Positions 20,840 to 32,323 of a stretch of 64,000 nt of DNA are shown piece by piece. This DNA is from Spirochaetia bacterium. Its GTDB lineage: Bacteria > Spirochaetota > Leptospiria > Turneriellales > JAOUFE01. The stretch's first letter is position 1; each line of letters starts with the position of its first letter. The stretch covers positions 7,954-71,953 of the forward strand of contig JAOUFY010000004.1 of the NCBI GenBank assembly GCA_029857955.1. Direction: 5' to 3'. A model generated the notes under the pieces. That model saw nothing but the letters and a program-made list of their open reading frames with translations, ran no database searches and was not told the origin of the DNA. A program made the translations under genes and the position numbers.

Positions 20840-22075
20840 ATGACCTCAGAAAAAATGTCCAGTGGACAAATCTATACCAGAAGACCAGGCCGTTGGCTTG
20901 TGCTCATTGGATACATGCTTGTTGCAGGCGTCAGTCAGATGCTTTTATTAAATTTTGCGCCTATATTGACTAGGGTTCAAAGCAAATACAACGTTACCGA
21001 GATGGTCGCCAGTTTGCTGATCATGGTATTTCCATTGCTTTATCTTGTCTTTTCTTTACATGCCGGAAGCTGGGTAGATAAAAAAGGTTATAAATTTACC
21101 GTTGGGCTGGGCAGTGTTGTTATGGCCTTGTCGACGTTGTTTAGAATTTATGATGAAAGTTTTTATGCTCTTCTGATTGGTCAAATTGGAATTGCGGTTG
21201 CTCAACCTTATATTTTAAACGGAATTACAAAGCTGATTTCTGACTGGTTTGACGGAGAGCAGGCCGCCATTGCTACCGGCCTGGGAACTATGGGTTTAAT
21301 CATTGGTATGGCTGTTGGTCTTGGGGTCACTCCGGGACTCGTGGAATCATTCGATATGAAAGGCGCGATGATAATATTCAGCGCCATTACCTTTATAGCT
21401 GCCATATTGTTTTTTGTACTGGTACATCCAAATTCCATGGCGCCAAAATCAAATGAAGTGAGCATGATAAAGGGCGCCTTCGGTAAACTCATTCGTAACA
21501 AACACTTGCTTTTGCTTTTTTGTATGGGCTTTTTAGGTATTGGATATTACAATGGAGTTACCACGTGGCTTGAGCCTATGCTGGCTGTTCAGGGTATATC
21601 CAGTAAAGATGCCGGTTTAATTGGCGCAGTGATTAACATTGGCGGTATTTTCGGCGCTGTGATTATACCAACGTTATCTGATACTATAGGTAAACGAAAG
21701 CCTTTTTTAATCATGTGTACATTATTTGCCTTCGCAGTTACCTATCCGTTATGCCTTGGTTCAAATGTTAAAATATTGATGGTTCTTGCCGTTGCCATGG
21801 GATTTTTTCTTTTACCGCTTCTCGCCTTGTTACTGGCCATGACAGAAGAAATTGCAGGCGCAAAATTTGCTGGTTCCGCAACAGGGATTCTCATGTTTAT
21901 GGGCAATGCAGGCGCAGTTTTTGTCATTATATTAATGGAAGTAGTAAAAGGCGAGGCGACTACATTTATAAATTCAGTTTACTTTCTGCTTGCGGCTTTG
22001 AGCATTGCGATCACCATTGCTTTTGTCAGTAAAGAACCCAAGCAAATTAGACAGGAAGAAAAAGGTAATTTTTAA
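20840..22075 (+). CDS. MFS transporter
   Basis: About 12 hydrophobic segments; GSWVDKKG and LSDTIGKRK motif-A-like loops. Confidence 0.9.
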   Translation: MTSEKMSSGQIYTRRPGRWLVLIGYMLVAGVSQMLLLNFAPILTRVQSKYNVTEMVASLLIMVFPLLYLVFSLHAGSWVDKKGYKFTVGLGSVVMALSTLFRIYDESFYALLIGQIGIAVAQPYILNGITKLISDWFDGEQAAIATGLGTMGLIIGMAVGLGVTPGLVESFDMKGAMIIFSAITFIAAILFFVLVHPNSMAPKSNEVSMIKGAFGKLIRNKHLLLLFCMGFLGIGYYNGVTTWLEPMLAVQGISSKDAGLIGAVINIGGIFGAVIIPTLSDTIGKRKPFLIMCTLFAFAVTYPLCLGSNVKILMVLAVAMGFFLLPLLALLLAMTEEIAGAKFAGSATGILMFMGNAGAVFVIILMEVVKGEATTFINSVYFLLAALSIAITIAFVSKEPKQIRQEEKGNF

Positions 22076-22121
22076 AAATAATTAAATCCGTGAAGCGAAC
22101 AGCGGACTTGAAAATTAAGCG

Positions 22122-23633
<1,512 letters not shown>

Positions 23634-23690
23634 TTAACATATGGATTGACTTTGTCAAGTTGAATGTAACAGGCAAAGTCAGTTTTGGCC

Positions 23691-23743
23691 GCATTTTCTT
23701 TGGATCTTAAAACAGATGTTTGAACTTTAGTCAGAAAATCAGA
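23691..23743 (-). repeat. Dispersed palindromic element, GACTAAAGTT family (copy 1)
   Basis: Reverse complement TCTGATTTTCTGACTAAAGTTCAAACATCTGTTTTAAGATCCAAAGAAAATGC aligns with 36364-36417. Confidence 0.7.
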
Positions 23744-23785
23744 TATTTGACTTGACGCTAAACTTACGTCAGTCTTTAATACTCG

Positions 23786-24889
23786 ATGCAAAATTCTCAC
23801 AAACTGACAAGTCTGATACCGCTCAACGCAATAGAACCGGAGGCTCTTGAACAATTACAGAAGGCATTAAATCATGATTTTGTAAAAAAAATCGCCGTTA
23901 TGCCAGATATTCATGCCGGTTATGATTTGCCGATTGGTAGTGTCGCCCTGACCGACAGTATCATTTCGCCGTCGTTTGTCGGCTATGATATTGGATGCGG
24001 TATGTGTCAGGTAAAATTACCTGATAAAGAAAATATAATCATTTGCGACGAACGGGAAGCTGTTTCCATTCATAACCGTATAAAAGCCGTTGTACCCTCT
24101 GGTTTTTCAAGTCATGGTGCATATCGCGAATACATAAACTTTACATCAGCTTCCGAAGATAAAAAATTTTCCTCTTCAGTAAATTTAAAAATACAATCCC
24201 AGCTTGGTACGCTTGGCGGCGGCAATCATTTTATTGAAATTGGTAAAAACAAAGAAGGCGATGTATTCATCACCATACATTCCGGTTCGCGAAATGCCGG
24301 TCATCAGGTTGCCGAACGATATATGAAAATTGGAAAATATCTTAAACTTGATTCCGAAGCTGGTAAAGCCTATGAACGCGACATGTTGTTTATGCTTGAC
24401 TATGCTTTAGCCAATCGACTTGATATGGTAAAAAGCATCGTTACAGGTGTATTGTCATATAGCGATCAACAGTGGAAAAAGCAAATCCTGCCTACACTGA
24501 TCAACGAAAATCATAACCATGCTGAAGTTCGAGCCGACGGAGTTTTGCATCGAAAGGGTGCAACTCCTGCCGCAAAAGACCAGCTTGGCGTTATTCCTGG
24601 TAATATGCGAGACGGCGTTTACATCACCCGAGGTATTGGCGACGAAAAATATTTAAATTCGTCGTCTCATGGAGCAGGCAGGGTGATGAGCCGAAAGAAT
24701 GCAAAAAGCCTCATCTCGCTGGAAGAATTTAAAAACGCCATGAAGGGAATCGCTGCTGACGTAAGCGGTCATACGCTTGATGAAGCCCCTTTTGCCTATA
24801 AAGATCTTGACGAAGTCATTCGTATGCAAAATCATATTGTGGTTGATCTTGTCGATCACGTTAAACCGCTCATAAACATTAAAGGATAA
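23786..24889 (+). CDS. rtcB: RNA ligase RtcB (compact form)
   Basis: MPDIHAG, GYDIGCG, GTLGGGNHFIE, HSGSR, NHN, HRKGA, SHGAGR, DEAPFAYK. Confidence 0.95.
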   Translation: MQNSHKLTSLIPLNAIEPEALEQLQKALNHDFVKKIAVMPDIHAGYDLPIGSVALTDSIISPSFVGYDIGCGMCQVKLPDKENIIICDEREAVSIHNRIKAVVPSGFSSHGAYREYINFTSASEDKKFSSSVNLKIQSQLGTLGGGNHFIEIGKNKEGDVFITIHSGSRNAGHQVAERYMKIGKYLKLDSEAGKAYERDMLFMLDYALANRLDMVKSIVTGVLSYSDQQWKKQILPTLINENHNHAEVRADGVLHRKGATPAAKDQLGVIPGNMRDGVYITRGIGDEKYLNSSSHGAGRVMSRKNAKSLISLEEFKNAMKGIAADVSGHTLDEAPFAYKDLDEVIRMQNHIVVDLVDHVKPLINIKG

Positions 24890-24891
24890 CC

Positions 24892-26154
24892 ATGAAGCAC
24901 AGTCATATTGTATTGTTTATTGGAATTGTTTCTATTTTATACTCTCTGGTTTTTTATTATTTTTACCGTCGATTTTTAAAACCATTTCGTTTAAAAGGCC
25001 GCGCAAATATATATGCCTTCGCAGGGCTTTTTATATTTGTATATTCTACTTTTTTACCATTTTTTTTAATGAGGTTTAAAAAGGAATCTGTGACAACGGT
25101 TTCATGGATCGCCTATCTTTTTTTTGGATTTATTTTTACGTTGTTTCCTGTTATGGTCAGCCGAGATTCGGTTTTAATTTTGTTTCGTACGGTTAAAAAA
25201 TATATTTTTAAAATTATTTTAATGAGATGGATTGTTTCAGATGATGCGCCTCAGGATCATTCTGTGCAGGAAATATCGCGTCGTGAATTTCTTGTAAAAA
25301 GTAACTATGCTGTTTTAGGTTTTTCAACGTTAGTTGTAGGTCTCGGCGCCTACCAGGCCAGAAAACCGCCTCGAGTATATGAATCTAAAATACCGATTGC
25401 CGGTTTACCAGATCACTTTGACGGTTTTAAAATTGTGCAAATATCAGATATTCATCTGGGACTTCTCATTGATGGTAAATATTTAAGTGAAGTTGTTCGC
25501 CATGTAAACGAACTTAAACCGGATCTGGTCGCTATAACCGGCGATCTTGTTGACGGTACTGTCTCTCAATTGAGAAGTCAGGCTGCGGTTTTAAAAGATA
25601 TTTCTTCTGTTCATGGAAGTTACTTTGTAACCGGAAATCATGAATATTATTCCGGCGTTGAAGACTGGCTGGTTGAAATCGAAAAACTTGGCGTAAAAGT
25701 ACTTATGAATGATCACGATATAATCAGAAAAGCTTTCAGTAAAAATGAAATGCGCAGCCAAAAGCAAGACAAAAAAAATTTAATCATTGCCGGAGTTCCC
25801 GATCACAGGGCAGGGCCAAATGCAGGTCATTTGTACGAGCCTTTGAAAGCCATTCAGGGCGCCAATTTAAATGACATTAAAATTTTATTGGCACATCAGC
25901 CAACAGATATTGATCTGGCTCTTGACGCCGGTTATCATTTGCAGCTTTCCGGGCATACCCACGGAGGGCAGTTTTTTCCTTACAACATGGCAGTACCGTT
26001 GTTTTTTCGTTACAATGCAGGGTTGTATCAACATGCAGGACAAAATGGAAATCATATGATGGTGTATGTCAATCGTGGTACCGGTTACTGGGGGCCTCCG
26101 CTTCGTACCGGAGTTCCATCAGAGATTTCACTTTTAACACTTGTAAAAGCCTGA
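24892..26154 (+). CDS. Membrane-anchored metallophosphoesterase (YkuE/YaeI-like)
   Basis: SDIH, TGDLVD, GNHE, LAHQP, SGHTHGGQ; N-terminal TMs and internal SRREFL. Confidence 0.92.
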   Translation: MKHSHIVLFIGIVSILYSLVFYYFYRRFLKPFRLKGRANIYAFAGLFIFVYSTFLPFFLMRFKKESVTTVSWIAYLFFGFIFTLFPVMVSRDSVLILFRTVKKYIFKIILMRWIVSDDAPQDHSVQEISRREFLVKSNYAVLGFSTLVVGLGAYQARKPPRVYESKIPIAGLPDHFDGFKIVQISDIHLGLLIDGKYLSEVVRHVNELKPDLVAITGDLVDGTVSQLRSQAAVLKDISSVHGSYFVTGNHEYYSGVEDWLVEIEKLGVKVLMNDHDIIRKAFSKNEMRSQKQDKKNLIIAGVPDHRAGPNAGHLYEPLKAIQGANLNDIKILLAHQPTDIDLALDAGYHLQLSGHTHGGQFFPYNMAVPLFFRYNAGLYQHAGQNGNHMMVYVNRGTGYWGPPLRTGVPSEISLLTLVKA

Positions 26155-26167
26155 TCAATTACTTTAA

Positions 26168-26246
26168 GGGGTGCCGGAATCTGCCGGAGGCAGATGAGGC
26201 AGGGGGGCGAGGAAAATTCATTTCTGAAAATTTTCATAGCCCCCCT
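26168..26246 (+). repeat. G4/G4/C4 family copy C, probable terminator
   Basis: GGGGTGCC-GGA-ATCTGCC/GGCAGAT-GA-GGCA-GGGGGGC...GCCCCCC; 13 nt after stop 26154. Confidence 0.7.
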
Positions 26247-26313
26247 CCAATTTTGATGTGAATATAATATTTACTTGACAGCCTTTAAAACGATAAAAAG
26301 CGTTATTTTAAAT

Positions 26314-26937
26314 ATGGCACAAGAACAAATTCAAAAACTAACGACAGCTCTTTACGAAGAGGGCGTTGAGAAAGGCGAAAAAAGGGCAGCAGAAATCATT
26401 CGTGATGCAGAGGACAGAGCGGCTCAAATAATTGCCAATGCGCGAAATGACGCCCGCCTTATTATAAAAGAGGCCGAAGATCAGTCAAAAATATTCAAGC
26501 AGCACGTTGAAACAGAAACCAGAATTGCGGCGAAAGAAATTATCCATGATTTTCATCAAACAGTTACCGACATGATTTTAGCTCATGCCATTGACGAAAA
26601 AACTGCAGCTGATCTTTCCGATTCCAAAACTCTTTCTCACTGGGTTGGTAAAATCATAGAGAACTGGCGATGTGATTCCCATGAACAGCCTTCACTGACT
26701 GTTTTGTTTTCTGAAAAAGATTTACAGGGTTTTAACAAGTGGTTTGAAAAAGAAGTTTCAGATGTTTTACGTAAAAAGGTAATTGTAGAATCTTCGGAAG
26801 CGATCAAAGGGGGGTTTCAGATCATTCCTAAAGACGGTTCGTATAAAATTGACATGAATGTTGAGTCATTTCAAGAATTATTTCGGCATTACTTAAAAAC
26901 GCGAACGCGAAAGCTTTTGTTCGGCGATCTGGCTTAA
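26314..26937 (+). CDS. V/A-type ATPase subunit E
   Basis: IQKLTTALYEEGVEKG..A.EII..A, IKGGFQI, LKTRTRKLLFG; first gene of the operon. Confidence 0.85.
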   Translation: MAQEQIQKLTTALYEEGVEKGEKRAAEIIRDAEDRAAQIIANARNDARLIIKEAEDQSKIFKQHVETETRIAAKEIIHDFHQTVTDMILAHAIDEKTAADLSDSKTLSHWVGKIIENWRCDSHEQPSLTVLFSEKDLQGFNKWFEKEVSDVLRKKVIVESSEAIKGGFQIIPKDGSYKIDMNVESFQELFRHYLKTRTRKLLFGDLA

Positions 26938-26943
26938 CCAATC

Positions 26944-27849
26944 ATGAAATCAAATTATTATTTTCTCTATGCCTCATTGCCTGATATTTCTTTTAACGAA
27001 AAAAAAGATTACAGGGAACTTGCGTATTTGTTTAACGAGGTAATTGACTCCTTGTCAGATGAGGACAGGCTTGCGGTACGTTACATTCGATACCCAATTG
27101 ACAATAGCAATTTAATGATTTTGCTTGAGGGTGAGTCAAATCCTGAAGAAAAATTTCAGCCTTGGGGTAATTATACTCTTGATGAATTAAAATATGAAAT
27201 AAAGTCAAGAGATACAATTCCAGCTTACATGAGTCGATTTATAGAGTACTACCACAAGTTGCTCGTTGAATTTAGCGGTACAAGTTATATTGATTTACTC
27301 AATGAATATTTCATGAAAGAAATATTCTTGCTGAATGATCATAAGGCAAATTCTTTTTTTAATTATGATCAACCTGGTTTTGACTGTCATTTTATCAAAC
27401 GATGGTTTGTTTTTGATCGCGATTTTAAAAATGTATTAACCGCCATTGAATGTATGAAACACGATGAACCGGTCGAAAGACGTGAAAGCGTGAGGGTCGA
27501 TCAGAGGCCCGGTCAGCGTCTTTCAGGCGATTATGAAGTAAGCGATTTATTGCTCAAAAGCAAGTCATATGATTTTTCTCTTTCGGGAACTTTCTCATGG
27601 ATGACTAAAGTTTTAAATTTAAATTCTAAAAATATTTACGACTATGAAAAAGAAATTATTTTAATGAAACTGGAAATGCTGGATGAATTGGCCGGCGATG
27701 AAAATTTTTCATTATCAACACTGCTGGCGTATTTAATAAAACTGCAACTTTTAATACGTTGGAGCTCACTTGACGAGACAGCAGGCAAAAAATTCATAGA
27801 TCATATATCTCAAAAAGTTAAAAATTATGCATATGAAAACAACAGGTAA
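26944..27849 (+). CDS. DUF2764 / V-ATPase subunit C-like protein
   Basis: NYYFLYASLPDI start, WFVFDRDFKNVLTA, LLAYLIKLQLLIRWSSLD...G; position between E and A. Confidence 0.8.
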   Translation: MKSNYYFLYASLPDISFNEKKDYRELAYLFNEVIDSLSDEDRLAVRYIRYPIDNSNLMILLEGESNPEEKFQPWGNYTLDELKYEIKSRDTIPAYMSRFIEYYHKLLVEFSGTSYIDLLNEYFMKEIFLLNDHKANSFFNYDQPGFDCHFIKRWFVFDRDFKNVLTAIECMKHDEPVERRESVRVDQRPGQRLSGDYEVSDLLLKSKSYDFSLSGTFSWMTKVLNLNSKNIYDYEKEIILMKLEMLDELAGDENFSLSTLLAYLIKLQLLIRWSSLDETAGKKFIDHISQKVKNYAYENNR

Positions 27850-29593
27850 AATAACAGGTATAGTATCTAATCTTGTAACGATTTCGGTAAGCGGTCCGGT
27901 TATACAAAATGAAATTTGTTACATTTTGTACAACGGTCTTCGTATCTTGTCAGAGGTGATTCGAATCGACAATGAGCGAGTTTACGCCCAGGTTTTTGAA
28001 AGCACACGGGGAATACAAACAGGAACCGAGGTAGAATTTACAGGGAAAATGCTCGAGGTTCAACTTGGCCCGGGTATGTTGGCCAAGGTTTATGACGGTT
28101 TACAAAGTGATTTATACGCCATGGAAAGTTTATTTATCACCCGCGGTATGAGCAGTCCTGCTCTTGATTATACGAAGAAATGGAAATTTAAGCCTTTATG
28201 TAAAGTCGGCGACGAAGTTTCAGCCGGCGAATGGCTTGGCGAAGTTCAAGAAAACTGGATCAGTCACAAAATCATGGTACCATTTCGATTTAAAGAAAAA
28301 TTAATCATAAAAAGTATCGTCAATGAAGGCAGTTATAATTTGGAAGATATCATTGCCGTGGTTAAGAACAATGAAGGGCAGGAATTTCCTTTGACCATGG
28401 TTTTCTCATGGCCGGTAAAAAGACCTGTGCGCGTTCACAAAGAAAAAATCAGACCTTTCAAAATTTTAGAAACTGGCGTAAGGGTAATCGATATCTTTAA
28501 TCCGATGATGGAAGGCGGCACCGGATTTATTCCAGGGCCGTTTGGATGCGGAAAAACAGTTTTACAGCATACAATTTCAAAACATGCCGATGCCGATTTA
28601 ATTATCGTTGTGGCCTGCGGCGAAAGAGCCAACGAAGTGGTGGAATTGTTTACGGAATTTCCAAACCTGGATGACCCAAGAACCGGAAGAAAAATGATGG
28701 AAAGAACCATCATCATTTGCAATACTTCAAATATGCCGGTTGCAGCGCGTGAAGCTTCGGTATACACGGGCATGACCATTGCCGAATATTATCGCGCCAT
28801 GGGCTTAAAAGTTCTTATATTGGCAGATTCGACATCCCGTTGGGCGCAAGCTCTTCGTGAAATGTCAAATCGTATGGAAGAATTACCTGGTCCTGACGCC
28901 TATCCGATGGATCTTTCTGCCATCGTCGCCAACTTTTATGCCAGAGCCGGTTTTACATGGCTGAAAAATAACAAAAGCGGGTCTGTTACTTTTATTGGAA
29001 CCGTTAGCCCCGCCGGCGGAAATTTTAAAGAACCTGTTACCGAAGCAACCCGCAAAGTCGCGCGTGCGTTTTATGCCCTATCGCAAAGCCGCGCCGACAG
29101 TAAGAGGTACCCTGCAATTGACCCGATCGAAAGTTATTCAAAGTATCTTGAATATGACGAGGTTAAGCAGGAACTTAACACAATATTTGATATTCAGTGG
29201 ACAACAAAGGTCAGCCGTCTGATGAACATTTTGATCAGAGGCAAGGATATTAAAGATCAAATTGGTATTTTGGGCGACGACGGGGTACCCGTCGATTATC
29301 ATGAAGTGTTCTGGAAGTCAGAGGTGATCGACTTTGTCTTGCTTCAGCAGGACAGCTTTGATAAAGTCGATGCCAGTACGCCATTGATTCGTCAAAAGTA
29401 TATGGTCGATTTATTGTTGTCAGTTTGTGAAAAAAATTATGACTTTGATCATTTTGAAAAAGTCAGCGAATTTTTCAAGAAAATCATCAATACTTTAAAA
29501 CAATTGAACTATTCAGTTTACCAGGAAAAAGATTTTATCAGCCACGAAGCTAACCTGAATTTACTAATAAGCGAGAGAACAAAAAATTCATGA
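27833..29593 (+). CDS. V/A-type ATPase catalytic subunit A
   Basis: Walker A GPFGCGKT, ACGERANE, NTSNMPVAAREAS, ADSTSRWAQALRE, VSPAGGN. Confidence 0.96.
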   Translation: MKTTGKITGIVSNLVTISVSGPVIQNEICYILYNGLRILSEVIRIDNERVYAQVFESTRGIQTGTEVEFTGKMLEVQLGPGMLAKVYDGLQSDLYAMESLFITRGMSSPALDYTKKWKFKPLCKVGDEVSAGEWLGEVQENWISHKIMVPFRFKEKLIIKSIVNEGSYNLEDIIAVVKNNEGQEFPLTMVFSWPVKRPVRVHKEKIRPFKILETGVRVIDIFNPMMEGGTGFIPGPFGCGKTVLQHTISKHADADLIIVVACGERANEVVELFTEFPNLDDPRTGRKMMERTIIICNTSNMPVAAREASVYTGMTIAEYYRAMGLKVLILADSTSRWAQALREMSNRMEELPGPDAYPMDLSAIVANFYARAGFTWLKNNKSGSVTFIGTVSPAGGNFKEPVTEATRKVARAFYALSQSRADSKRYPAIDPIESYSKYLEYDEVKQELNTIFDIQWTTKVSRLMNILIRGKDIKDQIGILGDDGVPVDYHEVFWKSEVIDFVLLQQDSFDKVDASTPLIRQKYMVDLLLSVCEKNYDFDHFEKVSEFFKKIINTLKQLNYSVYQEKDFISHEANLNLLISERTKNS

Positions 29594-30918
29594 AACCATT
29601 AATAAGATCAAAGGCTTTTCAGAAAACGTATTCCAAAATAGAAAATATAACGCGCGCTACATGCGAAGTCAGGGCAGATAACGTTGGTATCGAAGAACTG
29701 TGTTATGTTCACGGCCGCCCCGCACAGGTTGTAAAAATCAACGGAAACAAAATAACCCTTCAGGTCTTTCAGGGAACCGACGGTCTGTCTACCGAATCAG
29801 AAATTATTTTTACCGGTAAACCGCCATTTTTAACCGTTGGTGAAGAATTAAAGGGGCGATATTTGGACGCCTACGGTCATCCGATTGACGGCGGTCCGGA
29901 AATTGACGGTGAAGAAGTAGAAATTGGCGGACCCTCACTAAACCCCGTCCGGCGAAGCCAGCCGTCAGAAGTAATTTATACAGGGCTTCCGGGAATTGAT
30001 TTAAACAACACCATCGTTACCGGGCAAAAAATTCCATTTTTTGCAGATCCTGATCAGCCATACAACATGATCATGGCCCAGGTAGCTCTCGAAGCTAAAA
30101 GCGACATCATTATTCTTGGAGGAATCGGGCTTTCAAACGATGACTATTTGTATTTTAAAAATTTATTTGATAATTCCGGTTCTCAAGAGAGAATCATCAG
30201 TTTTATCAACACAACCGAAGACCCCCCTGTGGAACGTCTATTAATTCCAGATATGTGCCTGACTGCCGCCGAACATTTTGCGGTAAAACAAAATGCCAAG
30301 GTGCTGGTTCTTTTAAGCGACATGACGTTGTATGCCGATGCATTGAGTATTGTATCCAATAGAATGGATCAAATTCCGTCAAAAGATTCGATGCCGGGTT
30401 CGCTTTACAGCGATTTGGCGCGAATTTACGAAAAGGCCGTTCAGTTGCCTGACGGAGGTTCGATTACGTTAATTGCGGTAACCACGCTTAGCGGCGGCGA
30501 CATTACTCATGCGATTCCGGACAATACAGGATACATTACAGAAGGTCAGTTATTTCTTAAACGAGATACCGAGGTAAGTAAAATCATTGTCGATCCGTTT
30601 CGTTCGCTTTCTCGTCTGCGTCAGTTGGTGATCAGCAAAAAAACACGGGCAGATCATTCCCAGGTAATGAACGCCTGTATACGGCTTTATGCCGATGCGG
30701 CCTATGCGCATACAAAAAAAGAAAACGGATTTGATTTAACTCAATACGATACGAGATGTTTAAATTTTGCCGCCGACTATTCAAGGGAAATTCTTGCTGT
30801 AGATATTTCAAGCGACATGAACCAGATTCTTGACACAGCATGGAAACTTCTGGCAAAATATTACAGTAGAGAAGAAACTGCCATCAAGAAAGAATTTGTC
30901 GATAAGTATTGGCCTTAA
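29590..30918 (+). CDS. V/A-type ATPase subunit B
   Basis: GQKIPFF, DMTLYADAL, PGSLYSDLA, DITHAIPDNTGYITEGQ, DPFRSLSRL. Confidence 0.96.
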   Translation: MKPLIRSKAFQKTYSKIENITRATCEVRADNVGIEELCYVHGRPAQVVKINGNKITLQVFQGTDGLSTESEIIFTGKPPFLTVGEELKGRYLDAYGHPIDGGPEIDGEEVEIGGPSLNPVRRSQPSEVIYTGLPGIDLNNTIVTGQKIPFFADPDQPYNMIMAQVALEAKSDIIILGGIGLSNDDYLYFKNLFDNSGSQERIISFINTTEDPPVERLLIPDMCLTAAEHFAVKQNAKVLVLLSDMTLYADALSIVSNRMDQIPSKDSMPGSLYSDLARIYEKAVQLPDGGSITLIAVTTLSGGDITHAIPDNTGYITEGQLFLKRDTEVSKIIVDPFRSLSRLRQLVISKKTRADHSQVMNACIRLYADAAYAHTKKENGFDLTQYDTRCLNFAADYSREILAVDISSDMNQILDTAWKLLAKYYSREETAIKKEFVDKYWP

Positions 30919-30956
30919 ACCCGCTTGTACATCGATGTACATAACTCGGCTTAAAA

Positions 30957-31035
30957 GGGGGTCGGCGGCTTTGCCGTATCACTTCAATGTAAATCACAGA
31001 CCCCCTTGAGCCGCACACGGTTGCGGCTCAACCCC
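30957..31035 (-). repeat. G4/G4/C4 family copy D, probable terminator between convergent genes
   Basis: + strand GGGGGTC...GACCCCC-TTGAGCCGCA-cacggt-TGCGGCTCAA-CCCC. Confidence 0.7.
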
Positions 31036-31045
31036 TTAAGATAAT

Positions 31046-32122
31046 TTATAACCTGTGATGAATGATTTTTTCGTAAAGTTCAAGATAGCTTTTAACGGCA
31101 TTTCCCCAATTAAAAAACGCCGCTCTTTTTTTTCTGGAATTTACTTTAGAGACCGTCATTGATGATTTTATTTTTTCGTTAAAAATGTCTGCCATGTAAT
31201 CGGGGTTGAAGTTCTCCCAGTAATAAGCATCGTCGCCGCCGATTTCAGGAAGGCTGCTGCAGGTTGACAAAAAAACCGGTTTACCATAACTCATGGCTTC
31301 AATAACAGGTAATCCAAAGCCTTCGATCCTGGAAGGGAAAAAAAATGCATCACAGTTTTCATAAAGCCATGCGCGATCAATGTCAGAAACATTACCGGGC
31401 ATGATGATCCGTTTTTCAAGCCCTGAGCTTTTAATTTCATTTCGCATTAAACCTGCATATGAATCTGTGTCATCGCCGGCAATTACAAGAATGCCATTTT
31501 TCAGGAGCTTTAAAAATTGAATTAAAACTTGAAAATTTTTCTTTTCTTTTATTACGCCAACCGCAAAAAACAATGGTTCTTGTTTATTGAAATCTGTTCG
31601 AAAATTCTTTAAAAAATCAGGTTCTTGACTGCTACGAAAAGCTGATATATTAACGCCATTATAAATTACAAATGAAGGAACATTTATTGTCAGGTTTTGT
31701 TTTGCCGTCTTTTCAGTAAAATTTGAAATGAAGGTGATAGCTGACGCGCGGTTAACCTTTTTTTGTAAACGCCTTAACCTCATCTGTGCCTTGGCAGGGC
31801 TTTTTTCTTCGAGAAAATTTAAATCATGAATTGTAAGTAAATAAGGTGTTTCTTTTGCCGGAAAATATTCCGAATCCTGGTGAATGGCATGCCATAGATC
31901 ATATTTTTTATTTATGGCAGAAAAGTGTCTGTTAAAAAATGACAGTGTTTTGTATGATATGGAATTACCGAATTGATCTGTAAAATTGTCAGGCACGAGA
32001 AAGGTAAAATGATGTTTTGAATTTTTTAAGTTGGCCAGTTCCGAAGCGTACTGTAAAGATATTTGCCCAAGGCCAGTGTAAATTTTTTTTAACTTGCCAA
32101 AGTCGACGAGAATTTCTGCCAT
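31046..32122 (-). CDS. Glycosyltransferase family 4 (GT-B)
   Basis: LTIHDL, IYNGV, KKNF, FPSRIEGFGLPVIEAM, SLPEIGGD. Confidence 0.93.
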   Translation of the reverse strand: MAEILVDFGKLKKIYTGLGQISLQYASELANLKNSKHHFTFLVPDNFTDQFGNSISYKTLSFFNRHFSAINKKYDLWHAIHQDSEYFPAKETPYLLTIHDLNFLEEKSPAKAQMRLRRLQKKVNRASAITFISNFTEKTAKQNLTINVPSFVIYNGVNISAFRSSQEPDFLKNFRTDFNKQEPLFFAVGVIKEKKNFQVLIQFLKLLKNGILVIAGDDTDSYAGLMRNEIKSSGLEKRIIMPGNVSDIDRAWLYENCDAFFFPSRIEGFGLPVIEAMSYGKPVFLSTCSSLPEIGGDDAYYWENFNPDYMADIFNEKIKSSMTVSKVNSRKKRAAFFNWGNAVKSYLELYEKIIHHRL

Positions 32123-32176
32123 TATGATGAATCAACTGCGTATATGGAAGGTCAACTTGTTTTAAAAATTAATTAT

Positions 32177-32206
32177 AAAAAATAGGGGAGAAAGGGGTTT
32201 CTCCCC
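32177..32206 (-). terminator. Intrinsic terminator-like hairpin on the minus strand
   Basis: GGGGAGAAA-cccc-TTTCTCCCC followed by TATTTTTT on the - strand. Confidence 0.65.
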
Positions 32207-32323
32207 CGGTAGACATATTATGTGTACGTACAACGAACACATAACTAAATATACGCAATTCAGATTACATTTTGTCAACAATAAATTTGCTGTACGCCCA
32301 TTATTTATAAAATTGTTAATTCA

